A stretch of 64,000 nt of DNA from Camelus dromedarius (Eukaryota), in the NCBI RefSeq assembly GCF_036321535.1, contig NC_087436.1:108316001-108380000 (forward strand), read 5' to 3'. The notes under the pieces were generated by a model that worked only from the letters and a program-made list of their open reading frames with translations, was not told the DNA's origin and ran no database searches. The translations under genes and the position numbers were made by a program. This document shows positions 37,915-50,470 of the stretch, piece after piece (the stretch's first letter is position 1; every line of letters begins with the position of its first letter).

Positions 37915-38352
37915 GTTAAAAGATTTTATTTTATCCAATTATCCAATGTATTATTTCAACACATAATCAATATAAAAATTAATAATATATTTTACATTCT
38001 TTTTTGTACTAAGTTTTCAACATCGTGTGTATCTTTTATATATCTCACTTTATATGGTTAATTTTCATTAGGACTATCTGATCTGTATTTAGATTTCATA
38101 AAATATATAGGCCAAAAAGAGTAGATTCACATACATGCTGTTACAAAAATTCTTAAGTTTTCCAGTAACTAAATTTAATATGCACCTTAAAATCTAAATA
38201 AAATGACATAAAAATTAAATTTTTCAATCTCATTTGCCACATTTAAAATTTAAATAAAATAACATAAAAATTAAGTTTCTCAATCTCACTTGCCACGTTT
38301 AAAGTGCCACATTCATAGTATGTGAGTGATGACTGTCATATTGGACAGCGCA
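37915..38352. mobile_element. hAT-Charlie element of the MER3/MER33/Charlie5 group
   Basis: TATTATTTCAACACATAATCAATATAAAAATT, GATCTGTATTTAGATTTCATAAAA, terminus ATTGGACAGCGCA. Confidence 0.75.
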
Positions 38353-39734
38353 ACTCTAAAATCACAGAAGAAACAAATTTGGGATGTCAGTGGGCTGTAA
38401 ACCAACCCATACCTAAAGCAATGTTTATAAGTGAAAAAGTGAAAAGAAATATAGCTCATATCGATACTATATATGATCAAACTCCACAATCACTACAGCA
38501 AGAATTATACCAAGCCTGTTATGACAAGGATCCATAGAAAATAAAATAAATGTAGTTGCAAATGCAATCCAGCATAGCAAAGTAATTAGGCTTTCATAAC
38601 ATTGCTCAAAAAGGTTCTAAAGGAATAATTAAGCTACATTGCATTGAAACAGTTGAATTGAAACAATCTGCACCAAAAACAATTACGTTGCAACGAACAC
38701 AGCAGATACCTTCAAGATACCTTCCAGATACCTTCAAGAATCTTTCTCCCCAAACCCTCACAAAATAAGAACTGCACTCAATGTCTCCTCCTCAAACCCT
38801 CCTCAAAAAGCTCCTCCTTCTCCTCTCTGCTCTCTTCTAGAAGCTTTATAATGTAAATCAATCCAAATTTCATTCTTGTAATTTGCCTCTTCACACATTC
38901 TCATGTGCAAAACAGAGTGTTCCCCAAAACCTGAGCATCAACATTGAACTGCTTGAGTGAGGAAGAGAGAAAATTAAGACAAAGGATTTGGGAAGTCTCT
39001 GAATGCCAATGTTTTTATACTATCATATTAGTCAATAAGATACTCTTGTGTTGTTCTTTGATCTAAATGACACTCATTGCCCTTTGATTAAAAAATTTGT
39101 GTAAAAATAGTGTAAGATTTTGAAATGGACCAAAATGATTCCTGGGTATCTTTGATATCTATAGGCATTTTCTTGGTTTTTTTTTTTTTTTTAGTCTATC
39201 GGGTTTCTGTGTCTGTGTGTTCTGAGTTATTTTATAAGCCTATGAATGATCCATAGACACTCAAAATTGTATCCTGTGGAGATTCTGTTGTTTTTTTGCC
39301 CTGTGAGTATTGGTCAATTCTGTAAGTTTGTATCTATTGAACCACTTTATTCCAGCATTCTGGTTGGCCTATGCTTGGTTGTATAGTCTGTAAGTGTTCT
39401 TACAACTTACTATACACCTTACTCTTTGTCTCCTTAATTAAAATATTTGCAGTGAAAGAGGAACAACTTACCTCACAACAGCAAAAAACAAACAAACAAA
39501 CCCCAAGTCTTTTAAAATTAATTATATTTTGTATGGCCAGAAATAAAAGCTCCAAGGAAAATGAAGAGATGGGTACTTATTTTTGGAGAACTCAGAATGT
39601 AGAAAACTGTACTAGTTAAAGAGTTTAGACTCTCGCATTAAGTTGATGTCAATTCTAGCTTTGCCACCAAAACACCGTGTGGGTTTTTTCAAGTATTTAG
39701 CTCTTTTGACCTTGAGAGTACTAAACTTTAAATG

Positions 39735-40172
39735 TTTATTCATTCATTGATCCATTTATTCAACCACCATTTATTTAGTACATAATATACCCCAGACATT
39801 GTTCAAAGCTCTAGTAAACACTGGTGAACAAGACAGACAAAATCAACAAATTCCGTGCTTCATGGAGCTAGCTTACATCCCTTTGGACAAGACTGGCAAC
39901 ACTTAACAGATTTCTTAGGGAATGGCCAGTAATTATTAGTAGAGTGAGGAAAACTGAATAGAGCTGTCAGAAGTGGTTTCTCTATGAAGGGGCATTTGTG
40001 GATAGATCTGAATAAAGTTAAGACCTGCTGTGTAACTCCGTCCTCCAGGCAGAGGAAGTACCATGAGCAGAGTCCAGAGGCACATTAACCAAAACAAAGC
40101 AAAACATAAGGAGTCCAGTCTTGTTGGAAGGCAGTGAGCAAAGAGGAGGTGAGCGGAGAGACTTGTCACAAC
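39735..40172 (-). mobile_element. L2 3' end
   Basis: TTTATTCATTCATTGATCCATTTATTCAAC..CCAGACATTGTTC..GTGAACAAGACAGACAAAATC..CATGGAGCT. Confidence 0.8.
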
Positions 40173-40177
40173 CATAT

Positions 40178-40960
40178 TGAATTTGCAGTTACTCTAAAAA
40201 TTTGTTGGGTCCATCTTGAACCATTGATCTTTTATTCATGCGTGGTATTATAACATCTATTGGTCATTTGGGAAACACTGAGTCACTAAGTTATGCATGT
40301 TTTCCAAAAGTTGTGCATTTTATTATACAATGTCAAAAAATCACATTCATTAATATCACTACAGATTTCATCAGAAAAGACTGAAGTATTGCAGAACTGC
40401 CAAGCCCAGGGTGGCCGATCAGAGTTTTCCAAAATTCTGACTTTTGCTTGAAACCTCAAATGTCATCATTAGCTGCAAATACTGTCTGTTGTTTCCTTGA
40501 AGGATCAGGTCACTGTTCATTCTCAAGAATAACTGTAGTTGGGCAGTTGTTCCTCCAAGTAAAAATGTTGGCCCTTGAAAAAGGTCACAATTCAGCTCAC
40601 ATTTCAAACAATCATACAAGTGTCATTTCTTGAGACAAATATACTTAAGTAGGCAAGAGAAATACCATTTATATACCTCCTATTTTGTCACAAAGAATAT
40701 TAAAAAGACATGTGCAAAAGAGTTGAGATTTAATAAAGGTAATGCTTTTTATTGCTCTTTAAATACATCATTAACTGAGTCTGGCCTACTTATTTTCTGT
40801 CTGTCTGTAATGGTGAAGAACACAGTGGCGGCTCATACTGCTTGACTGATGCCACGGCTGAGACACTGGCTGGGTTACCTACCTCTGACTTTGTACCATT
40901 AGTACAAATATCAATGCAATAGAAAAAAAGCCAGTAACATTTAGTATAACTATGAAAACT
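40178..40960 (-). mobile_element. Charlie1-family (Charlie1a/b) hAT transposase remnant
   Basis: TTTTCCAAAATTCT..TTGCTTGAAA..CAAATACTGTC..TTTCCTTGAAG, TCAAACAATCATACAAGTG, AGAATATTAAAAAGAC..GAGATTTAATAAA match recalled antisense Charlie1 transposase DNA. No long ORF. Confidence 0.85.
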
Positions 40961-41319
40961 TATGTCTGTTTTGTTGATGATAATATTTATATTCTCTGTG
41001 TTATTGGTTTAGGAGGAAAAGGCAGAAGAAAAGTCCCAATGTGCCTTTTTATAGAAGTTTCTTTTTAGCCAAATAAAATATCTTCAGAAAGTCCTCTAAC
41101 TTTCCATCTTCTCAGCCAGTACACTAAACACTTATCTGCAAAAGAGGCTGAGAAATGTTGACTTTTTAATGGAGAGCAAAGCCTTCAGTCTTTAAGTCTT
41201 AATAGATGACAGGCCACTAGCTGTGATGGACTGAGACTCCCCTGATGGTTAAGGAACTGATCTCAGGCTGGTCCAACAAACTATAAGCAGTTTGCATATT
41301 TGCAGTTAATACTTGGACT

Positions 41320-41520
41320 AATAGCAATAACAGTGATAGTGACTGACATTTTCTGGGTACTTCCATGTACTACTACCTACACACGATGTTTGGTGCTTTA
41401 CAGACATTATCCCACTAATTCTTTTGAAGTATAGAGAAGATAAGCAAGTTGCTGAGCTGGTAGGTGGCAGAGTAAATGTTTCAGTTCACATCTGTGCAGC
41501 TTCAAAGACTGATTCCTTTA
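41320..41520 (-). mobile_element. MIR fragment
   Basis: GACTGACATTTTCTGGGTACTT..GTGCTTTACAGACATTATC..GGTAGGTGGCAGAG. Confidence 0.6.
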
Positions 41521-42107
41521 CCCTATGACCCTTATACTTCCTTGCCTAATACACTGGACTCCAATAGTAGAAAGAAATATCTGCTGGGGTGTTTCATTGA
41601 AAGGTTCTAGTTTAGAGAATATAATATTAGCAGTTTCTATTTTTATTTATGAAATTATTACAGAAATTTAGATATCTTAAAGCCATGTCATAGTTTAGTC
41701 CATTGATTTCTGATGCATAACAAATCAACTGCAACTACCATATGCCCCAAGCTAATGTTTTCCACTAAATCTAATTTTTTTTTTCTCATTTGAACAGTGT
41801 ATATAATTCACTTATTGTTTGGTTCATACACAGTAGCTAGAAATTGGTCTAAGATTTTCAGAATATGTCTGTAACACCTTTTCATATTAAATGTTGGCTA
41901 GATCATTTGAAAATTCTTCATGTTTTGTGTATGTGTGTGCTTGTGTCACATGTGTATGTTTGTAAATTAATATTTAATGTGCACAATTGTGCATAAAATT
42001 AGGATACTTGGAAACAGAAAAATTACTCAAAATCTGAATGAGATTCAGAGGTATCTTGGGTCAGTAAGTAAGATAGATACAGATGATGTTTTTATAGCAG
42101 AGATAGA

Positions 42108-43340
42108 AATTCATTCAACCACAGATATTTACTAAATAGCTGCTAAGTGACTAGCACTGTTTTAGACTCTGGGGGAACACAAGAGAATAAAACAGATCCC
42201 TGCTATCATGGAGCTTCTAATCTAATGGAGGCAGGAAGCAATAACAAACAAATAATTATTTTTGTTGTAGTAAGTACTTTAAAAAATAAAGCAGGTTGAG
42301 GGGATGGAGAGTGATGGGGATGGGAGGTATATATTCATTGGGTGAGATCTGAGTTATTTGGAGGAGCAAGGTGCTCAGATATCTGCTGGGAGAGCTCTCC
42401 AGACAGAGGAACATGTGAGAATAAGGCCCGCAGATGGGAGTGTCCTTGGCATATTTGAGGAAGAGTAAGAAACCAAACACATTGTTTGGCTGTTGGGGAG
42501 TAAGTGAAAGACAGGGGAATCATTCTATCAGGGCAGAGGCATAAAGGAGAGTAGATCTTGTTGAAGTTTTAAATTTTATTCTAAAGGGAAAGTTGGAGGA
42601 ATGAGTTTACAGTGGGTTTTGAGCAGAAGAGTGACATGATCTGACTTACATTTTAAAAGGATGACACTGGTTGCTGGGGTCCCTGAGGAGAAAACGAACT
42701 GTAGGTGTTGAAAGTGGCAGCTCCGTGACTTCAATGGTAGGACATTTCAATTGTACGGAGGTGAGAAGATGATATGGACCAAAGTGATAGCAGTGGAAAT
42801 CTTGAGTCATAGTCAGCTCCTGGATATATTTTAAATTCAGAGCCAATATAATTCCAGTTGAGTGTAGGTAGACAGTAACTAACAGAGCTTGGAGAACAGA
42901 ACCCTGGGGCCTTCTAGTGTATAAAGATCGATAAACTGTTAATAAAAAATGGAGACTGAGAAAGAGCAGCCTGGAGGTAGAGAGTCAAGAGCATCTTACT
43001 GAAGCCAAGTGAGGAAAATGTTTCAAGGAGAAGAAAGTTATCAAGTGTGTCAAATGCTGTCAATCAGTCCAATAAGATGAGAACTAGACAAGACCACTGG
43101 ATTCGACAAAGAGGTGTCATGCATGACCACAGCAATGGAGAGGTATGGCCTCAATTCTGACTGGAGTGGGTTTATGGGTTCGTGAATGAGTAAGAGGGGA
43201 TATCGAAGCAGAGGGATTTAATTTCAGAGGGGTACAGGAGATCTCCAAGAGGGACGAGGGGCCCAAGAAGGCTTTACTAACAGCAGGATTTGTCACAGTG
43301 TGCTTGTACAATAATAATCCCAGTGAAGAGGGAAAATGCT
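42108..43340 (-). mobile_element. L2 remnant (~1.2 kb)
   Basis: TTCATTCAACCACAGATATTTACT..GCACTGTTTTAG; TTTTGAGCAGAAGAGTGACATGATCTGACTTACATTTTAAAAGGAT; GTGTCAAATGCTG. Confidence 0.85.
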
Positions 43341-43517
43341 GATGTAAGACATGTCCATCCTGGAGGGATCATGGGACCCACAGAATGAGCCAAGGAGTAG
43401 CTCTAAGATCCCAGCCTGGCTGTGTGCATCTATAACTAGAAAGAGAAGACTGCACAAGGACGTGCAGGTGAGAGATTGGCAGGTGACAATGTGTGGACAT
43501 CCCGTTCTGACATTTTT

Positions 43518-43597
43518 GGGTGGGGGTATAGCTCAGTTGGTAGAGTGCATGCTGAGCATGCATGAGGTACTTGGTTTGATTCCCAGTACCTCCATTT
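43518..43597 (+). mobile_element. tRNA-Ala-derived SINE, camelid Vic-1-like
   Basis: GGGGGTATAGCTCAGTTGGTAGAGTGCATGCTGAGCATGCATGAGGTACTTGGTTTGATTCCCAGTACCTCCA has an A box and a degenerate B box, then an A-rich tail. Possible decayed TSD TTCTGACATTTT (43505-43516) / TTCTGAAGTTTT (43829-43840). Confidence 0.85.
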
Positions 43598-43614
43598 GAA
43601 AAAGGAAAGGAAAA

Positions 43615-43685
<71 letters not shown>

Positions 43686-43828
43686 GAAGGAAGGAAGGAA
43701 GGAAGGAAGGAAGGAAGGAAGGAAAGGAAAGGAAGGAAGGAAGGAAGGAAGGAAGGAAGGAAGGAAGGAAGAAGGAAAGAAGGAAGGAAGGAAGGAAGGA
43801 AGAAGGAAAGAAGGAAAGAAAGAAAGAA
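43598..43828. repeat. Compound (GAAA)n(GGAA)n microsatellite; 231-bp pure purine tract
   Basis: Direct reading; only A and G over this interval. Confidence 0.97.
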
Positions 43829-46283
43829 TTCTGAAGTTTTCATTGTAAGGCTGAAGACTTCTAGAAACAGCAGCAAAGGAAAGAGTTTTGTCTCTGCCTG
43901 AAATGAGTTTTGTTAGGAAAGCAGCATAATAATGGAGTTACCCACACCTACAAGGAGGCATTGGGGGATTGACGAGGCCTATTAGCCATTCAACGCTTTG
44001 TCTTTCTCTATGAACAGAATTCCGTGATGAGATATGCTTATGTGGTGTGACCGCACCACATCCATGATGATGATAATATGAAGAGACAGAGTAGTAGATG
44101 GGAATTTGCTGTGATTCATTTACTCTTTAGCCATGTATGCTTCCATTGAAGAAATATGAATTTTCAACCATGAGAAAGCTATCTTTTTTGAATAACTCCA
44201 GTTTCTTAAAAACATGTAAGCTTCAGTTTTGGGGAAATTGAAGTAAATTCAGAGAATCCATCTAGCCAGTGAATATGAAGAAGACATTTTTTTTCTCACT
44301 CAGTATTCCAAAGCAGTTAAGAATATATCCACTGTAAGTAACCTGGAGGATAAAGAGTATGCTTTTAAAAGATGAATTACATCAAACACCTTTTAAAGCC
44401 TCATTTTAAATTACTTTCTTTTTCATCCATAACATGCTAAAGGACCCTTTCCATGCATGTAGAAATGTATACTTTGGGGCAAGTAAAACTCTGCACCATT
44501 CTTTCATTATTAAGATACCAGAGGCTGGAGGTATAAATAAGATGGGCTTCTGAAAATCAGAGCCCTGAAATGTCCCTTCATCAAAGGACTACCCTAATGC
44601 TTGTCTAGTACCTCTGTTTTCTAGAACTTGCCCTCCCTTGGGAAAGGTCCCAGAATCTTGCTAACTTATATAATGAGCCCATGACATAAGTATAGAGAAT
44701 GAGCTATGAATTAGCACATCAGACTCATTTTCACCGGTAACCTGATTTTACAGGGTACATCTCATTGCCGTAAGTAAACGCAGGCAGGATCCTGTGCTCC
44801 GTAATTCTCTGTTGCCCCTTTCTTAAGTGCATTAGTCCAAGTTTTTTTTAAGAAACTCAAAGTGATTCCTTTTCTTGCTACATTCACATCTGAAACAGGA
44901 AAATGATTTGTCTCAAGTTCAGCAGACCCACATCCAACACAAGCAAGTTCACTTGCTGCTGGGTTTTTTGAACAGTGACACCTTAATAGGTCTGCCCCAG
45001 AAAAAGAGAAATGGAAGTGTTTGGGGAGCCCCTTGGGTTTCCCTTTGAGCAGAGGCATAGGAGATTTGTAAAATGGGACAGTCCTCACACATCTTCATTC
45101 CTTAAAGAGAAAGTCCATGCTTTTCCTTATTTGAGAAAGACACATCTAAATGAGATCACTCTAGGCTGATGGAGAGTGAAATGAAAGTAAAACTCAGCTG
45201 TTTATTTTCACCAGGTAATCTTTAAGAGGGAATAGTATTAGGGCATAAAAAGCCTGCTAGTTAAAAGCCCCTGAGTAAGGCAGAACAAGCCTGAATTTTA
45301 GAGTCAGTCTCACTGAGTTCTAGTCCCAGATCTACAGCTATCATCAATTATCTGATATCCCTTTTGTTCTCTCACTGATAAAATTAGAGTTTGGTAAAAG
45401 CCTTTTCCAGCTCTAAAATTCTACACATTTGAGGAATGCAGGTCTAATAGTTTTTGAATTCTAAATTCGTGAGCCTTAGCCAAGCCTAATTCATGGCATC
45501 ACTTTAGCCCCCAAGGCTCCGCCCTACCATTAGCTTTGCCCTTGACAATGCTAGCTTGTTAAATAATATGATTATTATTAGTAAGGAAAGAGGAAGAGAG
45601 AAGAAAGGAGGGGCAAGTGGGGAAAGAGAAGAGAAGGAACAGGAAGAAAATAGGAATTGGTTGGAGACCATTTGTTCTTATTGAGATGAGCAGTCTGGCC
45701 CACACACACCAAGTCTCTCCACCAAGGTCCAGCTCAAATGCCATCTCCTCCAAGATTGACCTTCTTGTCTCTCTCTGTACCAATGCAACAGGCATTACAG
45801 GTCTTGTTTCCACCTGTATTTGTTTCTCTGGACAGATTAGGGCCATTGAAGTGGAGGAATTGAGCCCTCCTTACCCATGCTCCCCTGCAGTGCCCTGCAT
45901 ATCTGAGGCACAGGCAGTCCTCTGTGAGTGCCTGGCGAAACAAAGAGAGTTAGGCTGAACTCCCAGAAGCATAGTGGCTGTTACTGCCTCCTTCCTTAGT
46001 GGGTGAATTCCAGGACCTTGCGGTTGAAACCAATGTAGAAATGAGATGGAAAAGGAAGAAGGGATTTGGAACATCAGCTTGATAAAAGCCTTGTCTTTTC
46101 TGTTCTCTGTTTTTATAATAACTAGTTCATATTCCTCTAAAGAGAAGTGTGCACTTCATGCTGTGGTATTATTTGTCTCTATGCTATGGTCACAGGTGTC
46201 TTTTCTTTCTCCCCTGGCCTTGCTCTACATCTGGAAATAGTTTGCTGTAGGAGGTAGGATTAAAATTGCCCAATTTCCTACAT

Positions 46284-46376
46284 TTTGCATGGGACATACT
46301 TACACTGAAAAGTTATTTGCCGTTTTCTGAAACTTAACACTTAGTGAGACATCCTGTATTTTATCTAGCGACCTTA
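46284..46376. mobile_element. One arm of the palindromic MER53 MITE
   Basis: TTGCATGGGACATACTTACACTGAAAAGTTATTTG..TCTGAAA..ACATCCTGTATTTTATCTAGCGACCTTA. Confidence 0.75.
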
Positions 46377-46379
46377 GAT

Positions 46380-46900
46380 AAGACTCAAGTGGCTTGAAAC
46401 CTAGCTCAAAATGGCTTCAGCAACAATAATGACAACAGTGTATTGGTCCACATAACTAAAAGGCCCAGGTGGTAATTCTGGGCTTCAGGTGGCACTTAAT
46501 TTAATATGTCATTAGAAATTCACTTAATCTCTTAGCTTTGGCTTCCACCCTAATGGCTTTATTTTTGGCTTCCCGTGGTGCTAGGTGATTGCAAACAATG
46601 CCTGCCTCACATCCTGCTAGGGTCAATCTAAGTGGTAGGAGCAGCTGCTTCCTGCCCGCTGGGCAGGCCCAGAAGAAGATTCCTCCTGCCCCACGGCCGT
46701 CTCTGGGCCACATGCCCTGTTCTGAGTCCACACTCTGGCGAGGGCAACACCATACTCTGACTGCTCAGAACTGGGCCATGTGCTCCATGTTTAAGTCCTA
46801 CTGGAGGTACCTGGGCTGATGGTGGAAGAGGAGTAGTTCCTTAAACTAAACTGCAGTGCCTAAGTTTTTTCAGGTGGAAAATGGATGCTGGGTAGCAGAA
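46380..46900 (-). mobile_element. Old MaLR LTR, MLT1K/L-like
   Basis: GAAACCTAGCTCAAAATGGCTT..TATTGGTCCACATAACTAAAAGGCCCAG..GGCTTCAGG; end AAAATGGATGCTGGGTAG. Confidence 0.6.
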
Positions 46901-48834
46901 GCAAAAGGGAAAAAAACAAAAAGAAAAAGAAAACCCACAAACCCACTCACCACACTTGTTATAGATTCCTAAAGTTTCTTTTAAAAGACATTTTGAAAGA
47001 AGAGAAAGCAGCAGAAACTCTGAGCATTAATTCTGGTTAACTTGAACTAACCTGTTCAAGTTGCTTTAACTTTAATTTCCACACGTGTAAAAGGAGGAAC
47101 TGGGTAATAGGTGATTTCTGAAGTCCTTTCTAGTCTAACATTTTCCCAGTACCACGATTGGTAGCAAGAGGAAGATTATGAGAGAAAGATACGTATAGAG
47201 AGGAATTCCAGTGCATTTTATGTGTTCTGGATCAAAATGCTGGTGCTAGAAGATAGTCTTCGTGTAAATAGGTTATGAGTTTTATTTTTACTAACTACTT
47301 ACTCAGGTTAGTTTGTTCTCTGCTTCTTATAGGTTCTTTGTGGCTATTTTAAAAAAATTAATTTAACTCTGTGCAGATTTGCGTATGTGATGCGTATGCA
47401 TTAAAATTACTGCTCAGTCACTAACACCAAGTTGGTTTTTCTCTCCAAATTAATTTATTAGAGAGGAAAAAGAAACTGAAATCTCAGAGGAATGATCAAA
47501 CTCTTATGATTTTATTTCAACATAGCATGCCATTAAAATGACATAGATCATCTTTGTGCCATGGGATTAATAGTAATTTGTGAGCTTTTGAAACCCCTTT
47601 GAAATGTTCAGATTAAAAGAATTAAGTTACATTTTAAAAAACAAATCTAATTACTGGTTTTTCTGAACAGTCAAATGAAGAAGAAAGTCAGTTTCCCTTC
47701 TTCCTGTCTTCAGATGTCTTTTAATTTGTTCTCTTACCACAGAGCCTTTAGGTTCAAAGGCAGTTTTCATCATTTTCTTTTAAACTCTGGGAAAACAGAC
47801 CTGAATAGATTTGGCCAGACTTAACCTTGATAAAAAAATCGAGTCCAACAGGCCCAGGCCCCGGTTAAAATTGCAGCTGTCCATAATAAACTTGTGAGAT
47901 CTGTTTTTTCAGCCTCCTTCCGCCAACTCCCCAAATCATCCCTGTGGGGAGTGACCCCATGGTGTGTGTGGTTGTGTTTGCTTTCAGTTTTTGGAAAATG
48001 GCTTAAATAAGAGCCCACTTGGGCTTTCTGTACCCAGCCATCTTGGAATAACATGTTATTTTTATGATTTTAAATTAGGTAGTCCATCACCCCGCTTCAG
48101 TTTACAGGTGCAAAGCAGAGCCACCCTTTAGGGGAGAATGACATGCCCAAGAGCAGAGAGCCATGGATAACAGGAGCTCCTGCCTCCAGTTTGACTGACA
48201 GCCTCCATCCTTTAAGAACTAAAGTGAACTTTGATCTGCTGCCATCTTTAGCTTCCTAACAAGATCATCAAATTCGTTAAAGTAATTCTACATCATTGAG
48301 TAAGGCAGAGGCAATGGTGTATTTTTAAAATATTTATTAACACTGATTATTAAATATTTTAAATATCTTATTTGGAGAAATAAAATCAGTGATTTAGGAT
48401 GTTATTGATAAATGTGATGATATAATTTCATGGATAGAAATAGAAATCTCAGTGTTTCTCTCATTCCAGGTATTCCCAAGATCCTTTGTAATAACTGAAA
48501 TGCCAAGGGAGAGTTTGCAGTAGGTACTACAGAGCCAGATAGGTTGATATTTTCCAGAAGTTGTCCCCGAGCTATTCGTATATGATTTAATAATTTAGAG
48601 CATCAAGTCTAAAATTTTTTGTTTCAGATTTAATTTTTAATGAGATCTGAATATGTGGCCTTGTCTTCTCAATTTCTTTTGTATACATATATAACATATA
48701 CATATATATGTATATTTTTTCTTTTTTTTTTTTTTTTGCCTCAGGTGCAGGTTCGGAAGGAACGCCCTCAGAGGCCGAGGCAGACGCCATGTAACTGTTG
48801 CATTTTATTTCCATCACTGGGAAACTCGTAAAGC

Positions 48835-49175
48835 TTTATTAGTTACCTATTGTTATGGTAATAAATTACCACAAACTGAGTGGCTTAAAACAACGCAAAT
48901 TTACTCTTTATAGTTCTGCACATCAGAATTTCAAATTTGTTTCACTGAGCTAAAATCAAATTGTCAGCAGGGGTAGGTTCCTTCTGAAATCTTCAGGGAA
49001 GGATCTGTTACCTTGCCTTTTTTCAGCTTCTCATGACATCCCGTATCCCTTAGCTCACACTCCTCATTACTCCAAACCCTGCTTCCGCCATACTAGCTCC
49101 TTCTCTGACCCTAACCCACCTGCCTCGCTCCTGTAAGAATCACTGTGATTACCTTGAGCCCACTCAGATAATACG
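48835..49175 (-). mobile_element. MaLR LTR, MLT1C/D-like, truncated
   Basis: TATTAGTTACCTATTG..AAATTACCACAAACTGAGTGGCTTAAAACAAC..GCTAAAATCAA..TGTCAGCAGGG..TGTGATTACCTTGAGCCCACTCAGATAAT. Confidence 0.85.
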
Positions 49176-49969
49176 TACAAGGTCTTTGGTGACTTTGACA
49201 AGACTTGGCTCTGCACTTCATTATCAGTGTAACATCTGATGGTTTGCCAAATCAACTTTGTGTCGGAATCATTTTTGAGATGAGGCTAATAAGAATGCCT
49301 ACTTCATACGGTTTGAGAAAGAATTAAATTAGATCACATATGTATGGTCTTTAGCACAAGTCCTTTCCACAAAGGGAATGTGGAATATATACATCAGTCA
49401 TCAATGTAAAGGAGAAAATCAAAATGTAAAAGCATGTTTCCATTTTGAGAAGTTCTTGGATGAGATGGAACCAAAGGGAAAGTTGTGGCAAATAAATTTC
49501 GTTTAGACCAAATACGTAGTTTAGAACTTTGAAATGACTTGAGGTGTCAAATTAAGATTCTTTGAAGATTACTTTTCCCCGCATCATTTACAATGGAATG
49601 CTTTGATGATGACAATGGCTGGTGACAACATATGTGTATATGACTGTCTCTATAGTCATTTTTCTCTCCATGCAGTTTCTAATATTCACAGATTAAAAAT
49701 ATAAAAAATTCTCCATGTTCACAGAGCATACTGTACACATTTTAATAGAACATACAGGTTTTTATTATAGTTAATAGTTTTTGTATAAGTTTCCCATAGA
49801 GTGAGAGCTTCCTTAAATATAAGGATTGTGGCTTGGTTTTTGTGAGGCTAGTGCTTGGCTTTTAGTAGATGTTCAGTAAGTGTCATTTTAATGAGTGTCA
49901 AAGTATACAAACCAACTTATTCAGTAACATTGAAGGAGAAGTGTAAGCCAAGACTTTTTTTTTTTTTTT

Positions 49970-50470
49970 TTTCAGTTATAGGGGAAAAGTCACTGAATCA
50001 GAAAGGATATTTTTTGGCATATATTACCAGGAAGCACACTGTGGCTAGTTCAAGTCCAAGGATGACTTGCAGAGACCAGGAATCTGGACATTAGAATTGA
50101 AACTCAGAGATAGTAAGGCTCTTTCCTTCACTTATCTTTTGTTTTTTCTGCTTTCCATTATATGCTGTTGTCATGCTAGCCCACTGTAATGAGCCTTCTT
50201 AAGTGGTATGGAACATAAGAGTCTCATACTCCCAGGTTAGCAACCTTGTAGTATAAGAAAACATACTTACCCCAGGGTCCTTATGGGTAATCCCACTGAT
50301 GGAACATGATTTTTAAATAGCACTTTTTTTTTTATTAGTCACTGATACCAGAAAAATGGAGTCCGCTGGTCAGTTCTGGGTGATGTGCCTTCTTCTGTGG
50401 TTGTGTGTATTAGGGTAGGGGGAAATTAAAGAAGCAGAGGTGGAACTGTCCCCAGAAGGAAGGGGGAAAT
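49970..50470 (-). mobile_element. Very old MLT1-like LTR
   Basis: TTCAGTTATAG..AAAGGATATTTTTTGGCATATATTACC, in the same style as the other MLT1K/L copies; heavily diverged. Confidence 0.4.

Noticed and set aside
43518..43597. Functional tRNA-Ala gene
   Set aside because: Degenerate B box and stems, no oligo-T terminator beyond TTT, plus an A-rich tail and probable TSD indicate a SINE.
43436..43901. 146-aa and 101-aa ORFs (FLPS/KERK/KEGR repeats)
   Set aside because: Translations of the stop-free GAAA/GGAA microsatellite.
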